DNA from: Candidatus Iainarchaeum sp.
GTDB lineage: Archaea > Iainarchaeota > Iainarchaeia > Iainarchaeales > JAFCCJ01
Direction: 5' to 3'
Length of the DNA stretch: 35,501 nucleotides
NCBI GenBank assembly: GCA_043816965.1
Contig: JBDRHK010000022.1
Span: 1-35,501 of the forward strand
Below the pieces are notes generated by a model that searched no databases, was not told the origin of the DNA, and worked only from the letters and a program-made list of their open reading frames with translations. Below, in pieces: positions 27,153 through 35,361 of this stretch. Each line of letters opens with the position of its first letter. Within the stretch, counting starts at the first letter, position 1. The position numbers and the translations under genes are program-made.

Positions 27153-27359
27153 ATGGATGTATTGACCAGATTCGAACGTACCCGCCTTATTAGCGCAAGG
27201 GCATTGCAGATATCCCTAGGCGCCCCTTTGATGATTAAGGAAGTAAAGGGTGCATCGATAAACGATTTGGCCAAAATGGAACTTGAGCTAAAGGCAATCC
27301 CACTTGCAATTCTTAGGGAATTCCCAAATGGCGATGTAAAGAGAGTAGAGGTTATGTAA
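27153..27359 (+). CDS. rpoK: RNA polymerase subunit K (Rpo6)
   Basis: LTRFERTRLISARALQISLGAP. Confidence 0.96.
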   Translation: MDVLTRFERTRLISARALQISLGAPLMIKEVKGASINDLAKMELELKAIPLAILREFPNGDVKRVEVM

Positions 27360-27548
27360 ATGGGCAAGGCAGTTCCTAGGAACATAAAGCAAAGAGCTAA
27401 TCAATTGATTGAAGAATTCCCGGAGGAAACCACCTCTGATTTTGAGAAGAACAAGGCATTCATTAATTCAATGGAGATGCCATTTCCCAAGAAAACCCGC
27501 AATTTAATGGCTGGTTTCATAACAAGGCAGAAGAAGCAGAAAGCGTAA
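27360..27548 (+). CDS. rps17e: 30S ribosomal protein S17e
   Basis: MGK...DFEKNK...KKTRNLMAGFITR. Confidence 0.95.
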   Translation: MGKAVPRNIKQRANQLIEEFPEETTSDFEKNKAFINSMEMPFPKKTRNLMAGFITRQKKQKA

Positions 27549-29609
27549 CTATTTCAGCGGTTCAACAACCACTTGTGTTGCACCATCCTCATTTTTATCC
27601 CTCTCCAGAAAGTAAAGGCCTGAGGAGGATGCCCTCTCCATCTCTTTGTCATGGGTTATCACAAAAATCTGCTCAACTAATGTAGGAAGATGCTCCCTCA
27701 GTATTTCACTTAGTTTGGCAACGGTTTCAGCATCCAGATTATGGGTTGGCTCATCAAGAATCAGCCAGCTTAAATTCTGGGTCAGCACAAGTGAAATTGC
27801 AATTCTCAGGGTTATTGCTGCAGCACTCCTTTCCCCCCCGCTTAGGATTCCGTCAACTCTCACCCATTGTCCATTTCTGCCCCTGACCATGACCTCATAG
27901 CCCTTTTCATTGACAACCAGCTTTGCGCTTGAGAAATCACCATAGGGATAGAGCCTGGCCCAAATATCATCCATTGCGGCATTAATATTATCCACGAGCA
28001 TTTCCCTCATATCCCCTTGAGTAGCTTTCAGCGCATTTATGAAGAATGAAATCTTCTCCCCGGCATCCCCCATTCCGGCAATTTCTATTTCAAGTTTTTT
28101 CATCTTATCCAAATCTTCCTTAAGCCTTGCCCCTGACTTCTCCAGCTCCTTTTGCATCTCCCTATTCGCGGAGATATCCCTTTCCATGGAACTTATTTTA
28201 ACTTTCAGTTCCCCCAATCTCTCCCGCCCTTTTTTTAATTCATCTTCCTTAAATCCAAGTTTATCCAGGCTGGCTTTTGCCTTTTCCATTTCCTCCATAA
28301 GATTAGAAAGATGCTTTTTTTTCTCCCCAATCTCCTTTGCCCTTTCCAGCAGTTCCTCAAAATCATTCTTCTTTCCGGCAAGTTCTTCCAGATCCCTTTC
28401 CTTCTCCCTGATATTTTTCCCCAGTTCCCCCCTCTCTTTATCCAGGCGCGACTTTTTCCCCTCAGTTTCATTTAACATTGCGCTGAATTTTTTGTGTTCA
28501 GACCCAAACCCTAACTCAAGCTCTTTCCTGCCCTTAGCATCCAGCTCCCTTTTGCAGGTCGGGCACTTTCCCCTTATGGACTCTATTTCCCTTAAGGAGT
28601 CATCGGCATTCCTCAAATCACTCCTTATGCCGCCAATTTCGCCAACCAGTAAATCCATTTTCTTTTGCAACTCCTCTTCTTGCTCTCCAAGTTTCCCCTT
28701 GTCTTCCCTGAGGGATTTAATATTTTCAATTAATTCGCCCAATTCCTTTTGGATTTCCTGCGGAGTTTTCCCCCCAAGCCGTTTCTCAACATATTTCAGT
28801 GAATTCCCAATCTCCTCTTCCTTGCCCCTGGATTTCGAGAGAAGATCCCTGAAGAAAAGGGCCTCTTTCTCCCGCTCCTCAAGTTTCTTCACCGCACTTT
28901 CAATTGCATCCAGGGATTTCCTCTCCAAGATAATTTTGCCCTGCAGTTCCCCCTCCATCTTTTTCCTATCGCTAATTTTCCCCTCAAGTTCCCCCAGTTC
29001 TTTCCCAAGATTTTTCCCCTGGCTCTCCTTCAGCCATTTCCCCCTCTCCTCGGCAAGGACCCTGATTTTATTCTGCAAAGTCACTGCCCTTGCCCTGACA
29101 TCCTCATACTTATTCAGCTGCAGCAAATCATCAAATTGCTCCTTCCTTTTTGCAGGATTAAGCCTCAAAAAATAGTCAATCTGGTTCTGCTCGGAATAAA
29201 CCGCCCTTGAAAACAAATCAAAATTAACATCGGTGATTTCCTCAATTTTTTTCGTCACATCGGTTGTTTTCGGCCCGGCAATCAGCCGCCCCCCGGATTT
29301 CAACTTCCCCTCATTGATTCCTTTCCTGCGAATCACCCTCTCGACAGCATATTCCTTCCCGCCATATGCGAAGTCCAGTTCAATCCTGGCCTCATCCATC
29401 TCATTTGGCCTGTTCATAATCACCTCATCAAGTGTCAGCTGCCTGTTCTGGAGCGCGGGAAATGTCCCGAAAAGGGCAAAGCAAATGGCATCCATTACCG
29501 AAGTTTTGCCTGCACCAATTACCCCGACCAATACATTAGTTCCTTTCCCAAATTCGAGTTCGGTCTTTTTATGGGAACGGAAATTCTCAAGCAGAACTCT
29601 TTTAAGCAT
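27549..29609 (-). CDS. rad50: Rad50 (SMC-like ATPase)
   Basis: LENFRSH, GVIGAGKT, coiled coils, CPTC zinc hook, LSGGE, ILDEPT, ITHD. Confidence 0.92.
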   Translation of the reverse strand: MLKRVLLENFRSHKKTELEFGKGTNVLVGVIGAGKTSVMDAICFALFGTFPALQNRQLTLDEVIMNRPNEMDEARIELDFAYGGKEYAVERVIRRKGINEGKLKSGGRLIAGPKTTDVTKKIEEITDVNFDLFSRAVYSEQNQIDYFLRLNPAKRKEQFDDLLQLNKYEDVRARAVTLQNKIRVLAEERGKWLKESQGKNLGKELGELEGKISDRKKMEGELQGKIILERKSLDAIESAVKKLEEREKEALFFRDLLSKSRGKEEEIGNSLKYVEKRLGGKTPQEIQKELGELIENIKSLREDKGKLGEQEEELQKKMDLLVGEIGGIRSDLRNADDSLREIESIRGKCPTCKRELDAKGRKELELGFGSEHKKFSAMLNETEGKKSRLDKERGELGKNIREKERDLEELAGKKNDFEELLERAKEIGEKKKHLSNLMEEMEKAKASLDKLGFKEDELKKGRERLGELKVKISSMERDISANREMQKELEKSGARLKEDLDKMKKLEIEIAGMGDAGEKISFFINALKATQGDMREMLVDNINAAMDDIWARLYPYGDFSSAKLVVNEKGYEVMVRGRNGQWVRVDGILSGGERSAAAITLRIAISLVLTQNLSWLILDEPTHNLDAETVAKLSEILREHLPTLVEQIFVITHDKEMERASSSGLYFLERDKNEDGATQVVVEPLK

Positions 29610-29668
29610 CTGATAATTAGGCCTGGAATTGTTTAAAGCCCTAATGCTTTCACAGAAAAATAGACATT

Positions 29669-29929
29669 CTAAAGAAGGGTCATTCCCTCTAATTCTGCCT
29701 CTTCAACAGACTCAAGGGAATTCAATTCAGCAGTAACTGCCTCGATTGCGCCCTCTTGCTTTTCCTCAACAAGGATTCCTGCCTTAATCATCTCAACCCC
29801 GAAACCAATCGGGTCCCTCTGGACATCCTTTACTTCGCCGGATTTAACGCCCCTAATCTCCTTCTCGCATTCCTCAAGCTTTTCCATGTCCTTAGCTTTA
29901 ACCCTGTAAATCAGAAAGGTCTTCCCCAT
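29669..29929 (-). CDS. ef1b: Elongation factor 1-beta
   Basis: DPIGFG motif. Lies downstream of the Zn-ribbon gene, as in the conserved archaeal pair. Confidence 0.88.
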   Translation of the reverse strand: MGKTFLIYRVKAKDMEKLEECEKEIRGVKSGEVKDVQRDPIGFGVEMIKAGILVEEKQEGAIEAVTAELNSLESVEEAELEGMTLL

Positions 29930-29940
29930 AGAACCACCAA

Positions 29941-30093
29941 TTATGGCCCTTCAAAGCCGCAGCTGCATTGATAGGTCTTAGATGTCGACCTGCAATGGCC
30001 GCACCTTATGATAATTTCCTTATCGCATTTCGGGCACTTGAATTCCACATAATCGCCTGTTACTTCTTTATTGCAGGTAGTGCATATTTTCAT
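29941..30093 (-). CDS. Zn-ribbon RNA-binding protein (DUF1610-like, 50 aa), absent from ORF track
   Basis: MKICTTCNKEVTGDYVEFKCPKCDKEIIIRCGHCRSTSKTYQCSCGFEGP. Conserved neighbour of EF-1beta. Confidence 0.9.
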   Translation of the reverse strand: MKICTTCNKEVTGDYVEFKCPKCDKEIIIRCGHCRSTSKTYQCSCGFEGP

Positions 30094-30198
30094 TCTAATC
30101 CCCCAAAAATCATTTACAAAAGCTTAAAATAAGCAGTATTAAGTAATTCTATTGTAATAGCTTTAAAAAGCTTATATTGGGCCAATCTGCTAATTGTT

Positions 30199-30233
30199 CG
30201 CACCGGAAACCTACTCTCAAAACCATATACAAA
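30199..30233 (+). promoter_or_regulatory. CGCACCGGAAAC motif copy 5
   Basis: 12-mer at 30199-30210, weaker TATACAAA at 30226-30233. ATG 56 bp after motif start. Confidence 0.7.
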
Positions 30234-30254
30234 CAAATAAAATTTTATTATTCT

Positions 30255-31097
30255 ATGGAAATTGAAATATCTCCTGATCTTGCCGAAATTTGTGGAATTC
30301 ATGCAGGTGACGGGTATTTAAGAGACGACGGCAAAAGAAGGGAACTGGATATTAGCGGAGGAATTGAAGAGCAAGACTATTATAATAACCATGTTGTACC
30401 TTTGTTTGAGAGAGTTTTTAATATTAAAATCCAGCCAAGGTTCTTCCCACACAGAAATACCTATGGTTTTGTGATTAGAGATAGGGAAGTAATTAAATTC
30501 ATGCATTCTCTGGGATTTCCTTATGGGAAAAAGACCTTGATGGTTGATGTGCCTGAGTATGTTCTTAGCTCACGTAATCTTGATATTATTTATAGATTTA
30601 TTAGGGGCGTTTTTGATACAGACGGTTGTATTTCTTTTAGAAAACGAGAGGGATCAGGTTATTCAAAAGTTTATCTAAAGAGACACACTTATCCAATAAT
30701 AAACCTCACCACCTGTTCCAAAAATTTGTGGGAAGGCACCTGCAAACTTTTAATGAAAACAGGTTTTCATCCTACGGTTTCTTATACTAAGGCAAAATAT
30801 AATGCCCATAAGAAATATAGGATATTCCTGAGAGGCGATGCCAATATAATAAATTGGATTAACAACATTGGTTTTAAAAATCCAATAAAACTTAACCGAT
30901 TCGTAATATGGAAAAAGTTTGGCTTTATGCCGCCAGGATTAAGCTACAAAGACCAAATAAAGATTCTGAACGGAGATATAGACCCAAATGATTACTATTC
31001 TGACAATCTGCAAATGGAGGAAAACCTGCTTCCCCTCCTTGTTAAAAGAAGACTAAAGGTCATGAAAAACCTCGAATCATTTATTCCTAAAGATTAA
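30255..31097 (+). CDS. Free-standing two-motif LAGLIDADG endonuclease-like protein
   Basis: LAEICGIHAGDG and FIRGVFDTDG. Start set at MEIEIS (ATG 30255). Ends 26 bp before tRNA-Arg. Confidence 0.87.
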   Translation: MEIEISPDLAEICGIHAGDGYLRDDGKRRELDISGGIEEQDYYNNHVVPLFERVFNIKIQPRFFPHRNTYGFVIRDREVIKFMHSLGFPYGKKTLMVDVPEYVLSSRNLDIIYRFIRGVFDTDGCISFRKREGSGYSKVYLKRHTYPIINLTTCSKNLWEGTCKLLMKTGFHPTVSYTKAKYNAHKKYRIFLRGDANIINWINNIGFKNPIKLNRFVIWKKFGFMPPGLSYKDQIKILNGDIDPNDYYSDNLQMEENLLPLLVKRRLKVMKNLESFIPKD

Positions 31098-31123
31098 AAA
31101 CACAAATATACATAGATTCTTTC

Positions 31124-31217
31124 GGACCCGTAGCCTAGTCTGGATTTGGGCACTCCGCTTCGGATTCTTCAAAAAGGAGTTACGGAGAGGTCGAGGGTTC
31201 GAATCCCTCCGGGTCCA
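31124..31217 (+). tRNA. tRNA-Arg(TCG) with 18-nt intron at 37/38 (31164-31181)
   Basis: Acceptor GGACCCG/CGGGTCC, anticodon stem CTCCG/CGGAG, T-loop GTTCGAAT. BHB: CTTC/GGAG helix with bulges GGA and TTA. Confidence 0.92.
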
Positions 31218-31220
31218 CTT

Positions 31221-31838
31221 ATGAAAATACCTAAATTTACTGGAACTGACAAACAAAAAGTGAACGCAATTGCTAAATGGCTGTATACGGAATTTAAGCG
31301 TGTTCGCGTAACGCCTGAACAAATGAGTAATGATTTATTCAACAGGACGGTGAATAAGGTAATTGAGGAAAAAAAGCTGTGCTATAATGTGCCATGTGCT
31401 GACAGTGCGGGAGTTGCTGCTGAAGCACTTTTAGAGAATGGAATTCCTGCATGGATTGTTCTTGAGAAGAAAATTCATAAGAATGGGGAAGAATCATTCC
31501 ATCTCTCCACAGAGTTTATTGTTGATGGTAAGCCCAATCATTTAAAGGTAACAAGGTCCGAGGTAAGTATCGTGTCGGGGAATAGGACGACAACCTCCTA
31601 TCGCCCGGTAGTAAAAAAGGTTGAGATTGTTCAACCAATAGGTGCAAGATCAGTATTGAGTCTTTTTGGTGTAAATTCAAGAGACGATATGGCGAAGGTC
31701 TTGAATGGGTTTGACTGGAAAAAAATGGACAGAAACTTTAAAAAACAAAAGTCAAGATTGCATTTCAGAATGACTGCTGCTAGGAGGTTTTTTTGGCAAA
31801 AATATGCGGGAATTTTTAGCAGATGGAGAAGAAAATAA
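31221..31838 (+). CDS. Hypothetical basic protein, transglutaminase-like core possible
   Basis: ATG 3 nt after the tRNA. CADSA...LLENGIPAWIV...FHLSTEF resembles the Cys/His core. Confidence 0.55.
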   Translation: MKIPKFTGTDKQKVNAIAKWLYTEFKRVRVTPEQMSNDLFNRTVNKVIEEKKLCYNVPCADSAGVAAEALLENGIPAWIVLEKKIHKNGEESFHLSTEFIVDGKPNHLKVTRSEVSIVSGNRTTTSYRPVVKKVEIVQPIGARSVLSLFGVNSRDDMAKVLNGFDWKKMDRNFKKQKSRLHFRMTAARRFFWQKYAGIFSRWRRK

Positions 31839-31839
31839 C

Positions 31840-33219
31840 CTATTCAAACTCTTCCTTGCCCCTAAGGTAAACAGTCAAGAATTCCCGGAAGCCCCTATTT
31901 TTCTTGTATAGTTCAATAATCCCCTTTTCATCCAGCACAACCGCCCTTTTCCGAAGTGCCTTTCTCACATTTTCCTTCTCTGCCTTTTTCAGTTTTTTCA
32001 GGTAATCTGAAATGAAATTTCTCGCATCCCCATATTTCCTCTCAACTTCCAAAACCCATCTGCCCTTCTCTATCCTAGGCCCTGCCACAACTTTTTTATG
32101 GGCACCCAAAAACCTCTCACTGTTATCTTTGTCAGTGACCTCAGGCCCCACTTTCACAGCAGCCCTTTGCAGAATTAGGGATTCCAACTCAATCACAATC
32201 AGCATCCTCTTTCCTTCCTCCAGCCATTCATCACTTCTTATAACTTTGAAATCAAATTCCTCCAATTGATTCACCATCTTTTTTCCCAGCCGCCTAATTT
32301 GCCCCCATAAAATATCCTCCAGAACTTTTGGATAGCCAATCTCAACAGCCAGTAATTCCTTCTTCCCCAAAATCTCCTTTACCTTTTTAACGCTCCATGG
32401 CTTTTCCTTCCGCGGGAAAAAGAATTTTTCAGAGGGCTTCTCCAAAAAGGCGCGCGAGGCGGCAACAATCCTGCTGAACTGATTCAAAGAAAGGGCGGCC
32501 GCGACATTCCTGTTCCTGTCCACTGGGTCAATAACAATCAGCGGGGAATCAAACTTCTTTATTGCCTCGGTCTTTACCAAATAATTCTCCAAATCAATTA
32601 CCTCATTCCTGCCCCAATTTGAAATTCCTTTCAGTGCCTTCTCAAAGGAACCATATTTTATAATCAGCAATTCCACAACATAACCCGGAACACTGCCCAT
32701 CCTCAAATCCGCGCCATAGGCCCTGATTCCTTTCAGGAACTGCCTCAACAGCCTCACTTCCCCCTTTTGTTTCTCCTTCAATTTCCCCTTAACATACGCC
32801 GCATGGAACGGGCTTCTGTCCACTGAACTCTTAAGCAATTCCGCCTTTTCCACCCTGTAGCTGGGAACTATCTCAACATTAAAGCCATTAATAATCCCCC
32901 GAATATAGGGGTGCTCAGAATATGCCTTCTCCCATTTGTGCCCGCGGAAAACCCGTTTACCAATTCTCAGGCCTTCCCTCTCAAAATCCTTTCTCCCTAA
33001 TTTTTCAGGAAAGAGAACAAAGATGTCAATATCCCTGTCCCCTTTAAGGTGGGTATCTCTCGACAAACTTCCTGCAAGGACAACATCGGCATGCTCCCCC
33101 TCAAATGATTTGATTTTTTCAATAAGTGAATTGGCAAAAGATATCTCTCCCTCAATTTCCTTCTTTCCAGGGCTTATTTTTTTCAGGATTTTCGAAAGTA
33201 TCTGCTTTATGGAAAACAC
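31840..33219 (-). CDS. cca: CCA-adding enzyme (class I)
   Basis: GS..RDTHL.GDRDIDIF, YSEHPY, SVDRSPFH, DPVDRNRNVAAALS. Confidence 0.97.
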   Translation of the reverse strand: MFSIKQILSKILKKISPGKKEIEGEISFANSLIEKIKSFEGEHADVVLAGSLSRDTHLKGDRDIDIFVLFPEKLGRKDFEREGLRIGKRVFRGHKWEKAYSEHPYIRGIINGFNVEIVPSYRVEKAELLKSSVDRSPFHAAYVKGKLKEKQKGEVRLLRQFLKGIRAYGADLRMGSVPGYVVELLIIKYGSFEKALKGISNWGRNEVIDLENYLVKTEAIKKFDSPLIVIDPVDRNRNVAAALSLNQFSRIVAASRAFLEKPSEKFFFPRKEKPWSVKKVKEILGKKELLAVEIGYPKVLEDILWGQIRRLGKKMVNQLEEFDFKVIRSDEWLEEGKRMLIVIELESLILQRAAVKVGPEVTDKDNSERFLGAHKKVVAGPRIEKGRWVLEVERKYGDARNFISDYLKKLKKAEKENVRKALRKRAVVLDEKGIIELYKKNRGFREFLTVYLRGKEEFE

Positions 33220-33276
33220 CCTATAGTTTATATATCATTTAACTATAAATATATAGTCAAATTTCAAGTTGAGATT

Positions 33277-34848
33277 ATGCACGAATTCAGGGAACAGAAA
33301 GGGGAAAAAATAGACTCCTATGATGTTGTGGATATCTACGAGGGATTCCCCTACTTCTTCTATGATGTAATGGATGCCGAGCTCACCGAAAAAGAGAGGG
33401 TATTTGTCAAAATACTTGAAAAAATAATCCATGGCAGGGGGTCACTTGAGGAAATCAAAACCCAGTTCCCGAAAATAAGCAAGCAATTCATAGAGGAATT
33501 CTCAGATAAGATTGCCTCCCCAATAGGGCCAAGCGACATAACTGTAAAGATTCCGGAGATGGAAATATTCAACGCCCTTAAGATAAATCTCATTGCACTG
33601 TTCAAGGAATTTGTCCCCTTTGTGGAGAACCATGCGGGCCTTGCAAATGCAGTCCTTGACAAATCTGTAGGTTTGGGAATCCTTGCCCCGTTAATAAGGG
33701 ACCATGAGCTGGAAGAGATTATGGTAAATGGCTGCAAAAGGCCGATTTTTGTTTTCCATAAGCGATATGGCATGTGCAAGACCAATCTATTTTTTGATGA
33801 GGCCAAGGATATGGACTACTTAATTACGAAGATTGCCAATACTGTCGGAAAGCAGTTTTCCACAGAATACCCGCTTCTTGATGCAAGGGTGAGCGGCGGC
33901 AACAGGGCAAACGCAACACATAATCTGGTTACCCCTTATGGCTCAACGCTTACTATCAGAAAATTCACAAAGGTTCCGCTTTCAATAGTCAATTTGGTTG
34001 AAAACAACACCATATCTAGCGAGGTTGCGGCATTCCTTTGGGTCATGGTTGAGGGCATGAACATTGAGCCAATGAACTTGATAATTACAGGCGGGGCAGG
34101 CTCAGGAAAAACAACAACACTGAATGTATTGAGCACATTTATACCCTATCAAGAGAGGGTAATAACCCTTGAGGATACGTTGGAGCTTGATTTGGGCAGC
34201 AGGCAGAACTGGATACAGATGGAATCCAAGCCTGAAACAATGGGCTCCAAAGGGGTTTCAATGGACAGCCTGCTTAAAAATGCATTAAGGATGCGCCCTA
34301 ACAGGTTGATTGTGGGTGAAGTAAGGGGCCCTGAGGCACAAACCCTTTTTGTTGCGATGGACATAGGCCACAGGGGCTGTTTGGGGACCCTGCATTCAAA
34401 TACCGCAAGAGAGATGCTACTAAGGCTGAAGGCAGAACCAATGGGGGTTCCTGACGCAATGATCCCTTTGCTTGACCTGATTGTTGTTCAGTACAAGATG
34501 TATGTCAGGGGAAAGGGGGTGATGAGGAGAATCGCCCATATTTCGGAGATTAGCTCAATGCAGAAAACCGCCCTCCTTGCCAATGTTTATGAATGGAAGA
34601 GGGACAAGGACGAACTTGTCAGGACAGATGTCCCCTCCCACATAATAGAGATACTTGCCGAGAAAACAATGCGCTCAAAAAATGAGGTCAGAAAAGAAAT
34701 GGGGATCAGGCAGAACATAATTGAATGGATGCTCAAGAACAACATAAGGGCAAACCCTGATGTGGAAACAATAATCCAGCGCTACTACTATGACCCGGAA
34801 ACTGTGCTGAAAGAGGTAATGAAGGATTTGGGAAAGGACTTAGACTAG
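33277..34848 (+). CDS. Type II/IV secretion (pilus assembly) ATPase, CpaF/TadA-like
   Basis: EEIMVNG, TIRKF, GGAGSGKTT, LEDTLEL, LRMRP.RLIVGEVRG, GH.G..GTLH. Confidence 0.94.
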   Translation: MHEFREQKGEKIDSYDVVDIYEGFPYFFYDVMDAELTEKERVFVKILEKIIHGRGSLEEIKTQFPKISKQFIEEFSDKIASPIGPSDITVKIPEMEIFNALKINLIALFKEFVPFVENHAGLANAVLDKSVGLGILAPLIRDHELEEIMVNGCKRPIFVFHKRYGMCKTNLFFDEAKDMDYLITKIANTVGKQFSTEYPLLDARVSGGNRANATHNLVTPYGSTLTIRKFTKVPLSIVNLVENNTISSEVAAFLWVMVEGMNIEPMNLIITGGAGSGKTTTLNVLSTFIPYQERVITLEDTLELDLGSRQNWIQMESKPETMGSKGVSMDSLLKNALRMRPNRLIVGEVRGPEAQTLFVAMDIGHRGCLGTLHSNTAREMLLRLKAEPMGVPDAMIPLLDLIVVQYKMYVRGKGVMRRIAHISEISSMQKTALLANVYEWKRDKDELVRTDVPSHIIEILAEKTMRSKNEVRKEMGIRQNIIEWMLKNNIRANPDVETIIQRYYYDPETVLKEVMKDLGKDLD

Positions 34849-35361
34849 TTCCTTCCTAAATAGCATCTCATATTTCGGGCCTTTATCGGAAAGATGCGAT
34901 TCCATAAGATCAAATGAACCAACATCAAACGCCTCACTAAATTCCTTCTTGTTCAGGTTCTCAATTATGCCATCTAATTCCTTTTTTTCCAGAAACTTAT
35001 TCCTTGCAATTGTCACATGCGGATGAAACCTTTCTTCCTGAGTTGAAAGTGCCCTGTTCACCTCATCTGAAAGTTTTTCCATTTCCGCCCCTCCCTCATC
35101 AACACCAACCCATAGGGCCCTGTTTCCAAAAGAGCCAATGCCTTTCAGGACTGCGCGGAATTTTGGGAATTCAATTGAGGAAACTTTTTCCCTCAATTCC
35201 CCAACCCCATCCTCACTAATATAACCTAAGAATTTGAGTGTGATATGGAGATTCTCTTCCGCAACCGGCTTACACCCTTTTGGAAGCGTTGAGGAAAACC
35301 CGGAATAAATCTTTTCCCTGATTTCCTCAGGAATGATTATCGCGAAAAAAACTCTCTTACC
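34840..35361 (-). pseudogene. thpR: RNA 2',3'-cyclic phosphodiesterase (2H family) with start codon separated by IS insertion
   Basis: Frame reads GKRVFFAII...HITLKFLG...HVTIAR. No in-frame start lies between the IS end and the first 2H motif. An in-frame TAG lies inside the IS. Confidence 0.75.

Noticed and set aside
28039..29175. 378-aa Ser/Phe-rich plus-strand ORF
   Set aside because: Antisense shadow of the Glu/Lys-rich Rad50 coiled coil.
1070..30210. CGCACCGGAAAC copies as a CRISPR array
   Set aside because: Copies are 0.9-18 kb apart, only 12 bp are invariant, and there are no spacers or cas genes.
1126..31097. LAGLIDADG ORFs as inteins or intron-encoded genes
   Set aside because: No Hint splicing motifs, no flanking exteins and no interrupted host gene. 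The tRNA-Arg intron is only 18 nt.
30177..31220. ORF-track starts at 30177 and 31146
   Set aside because: These are TTG starts lying upstream of the promoter motif or inside the tRNA. ATGs at 30255 and 31221 are preferred.
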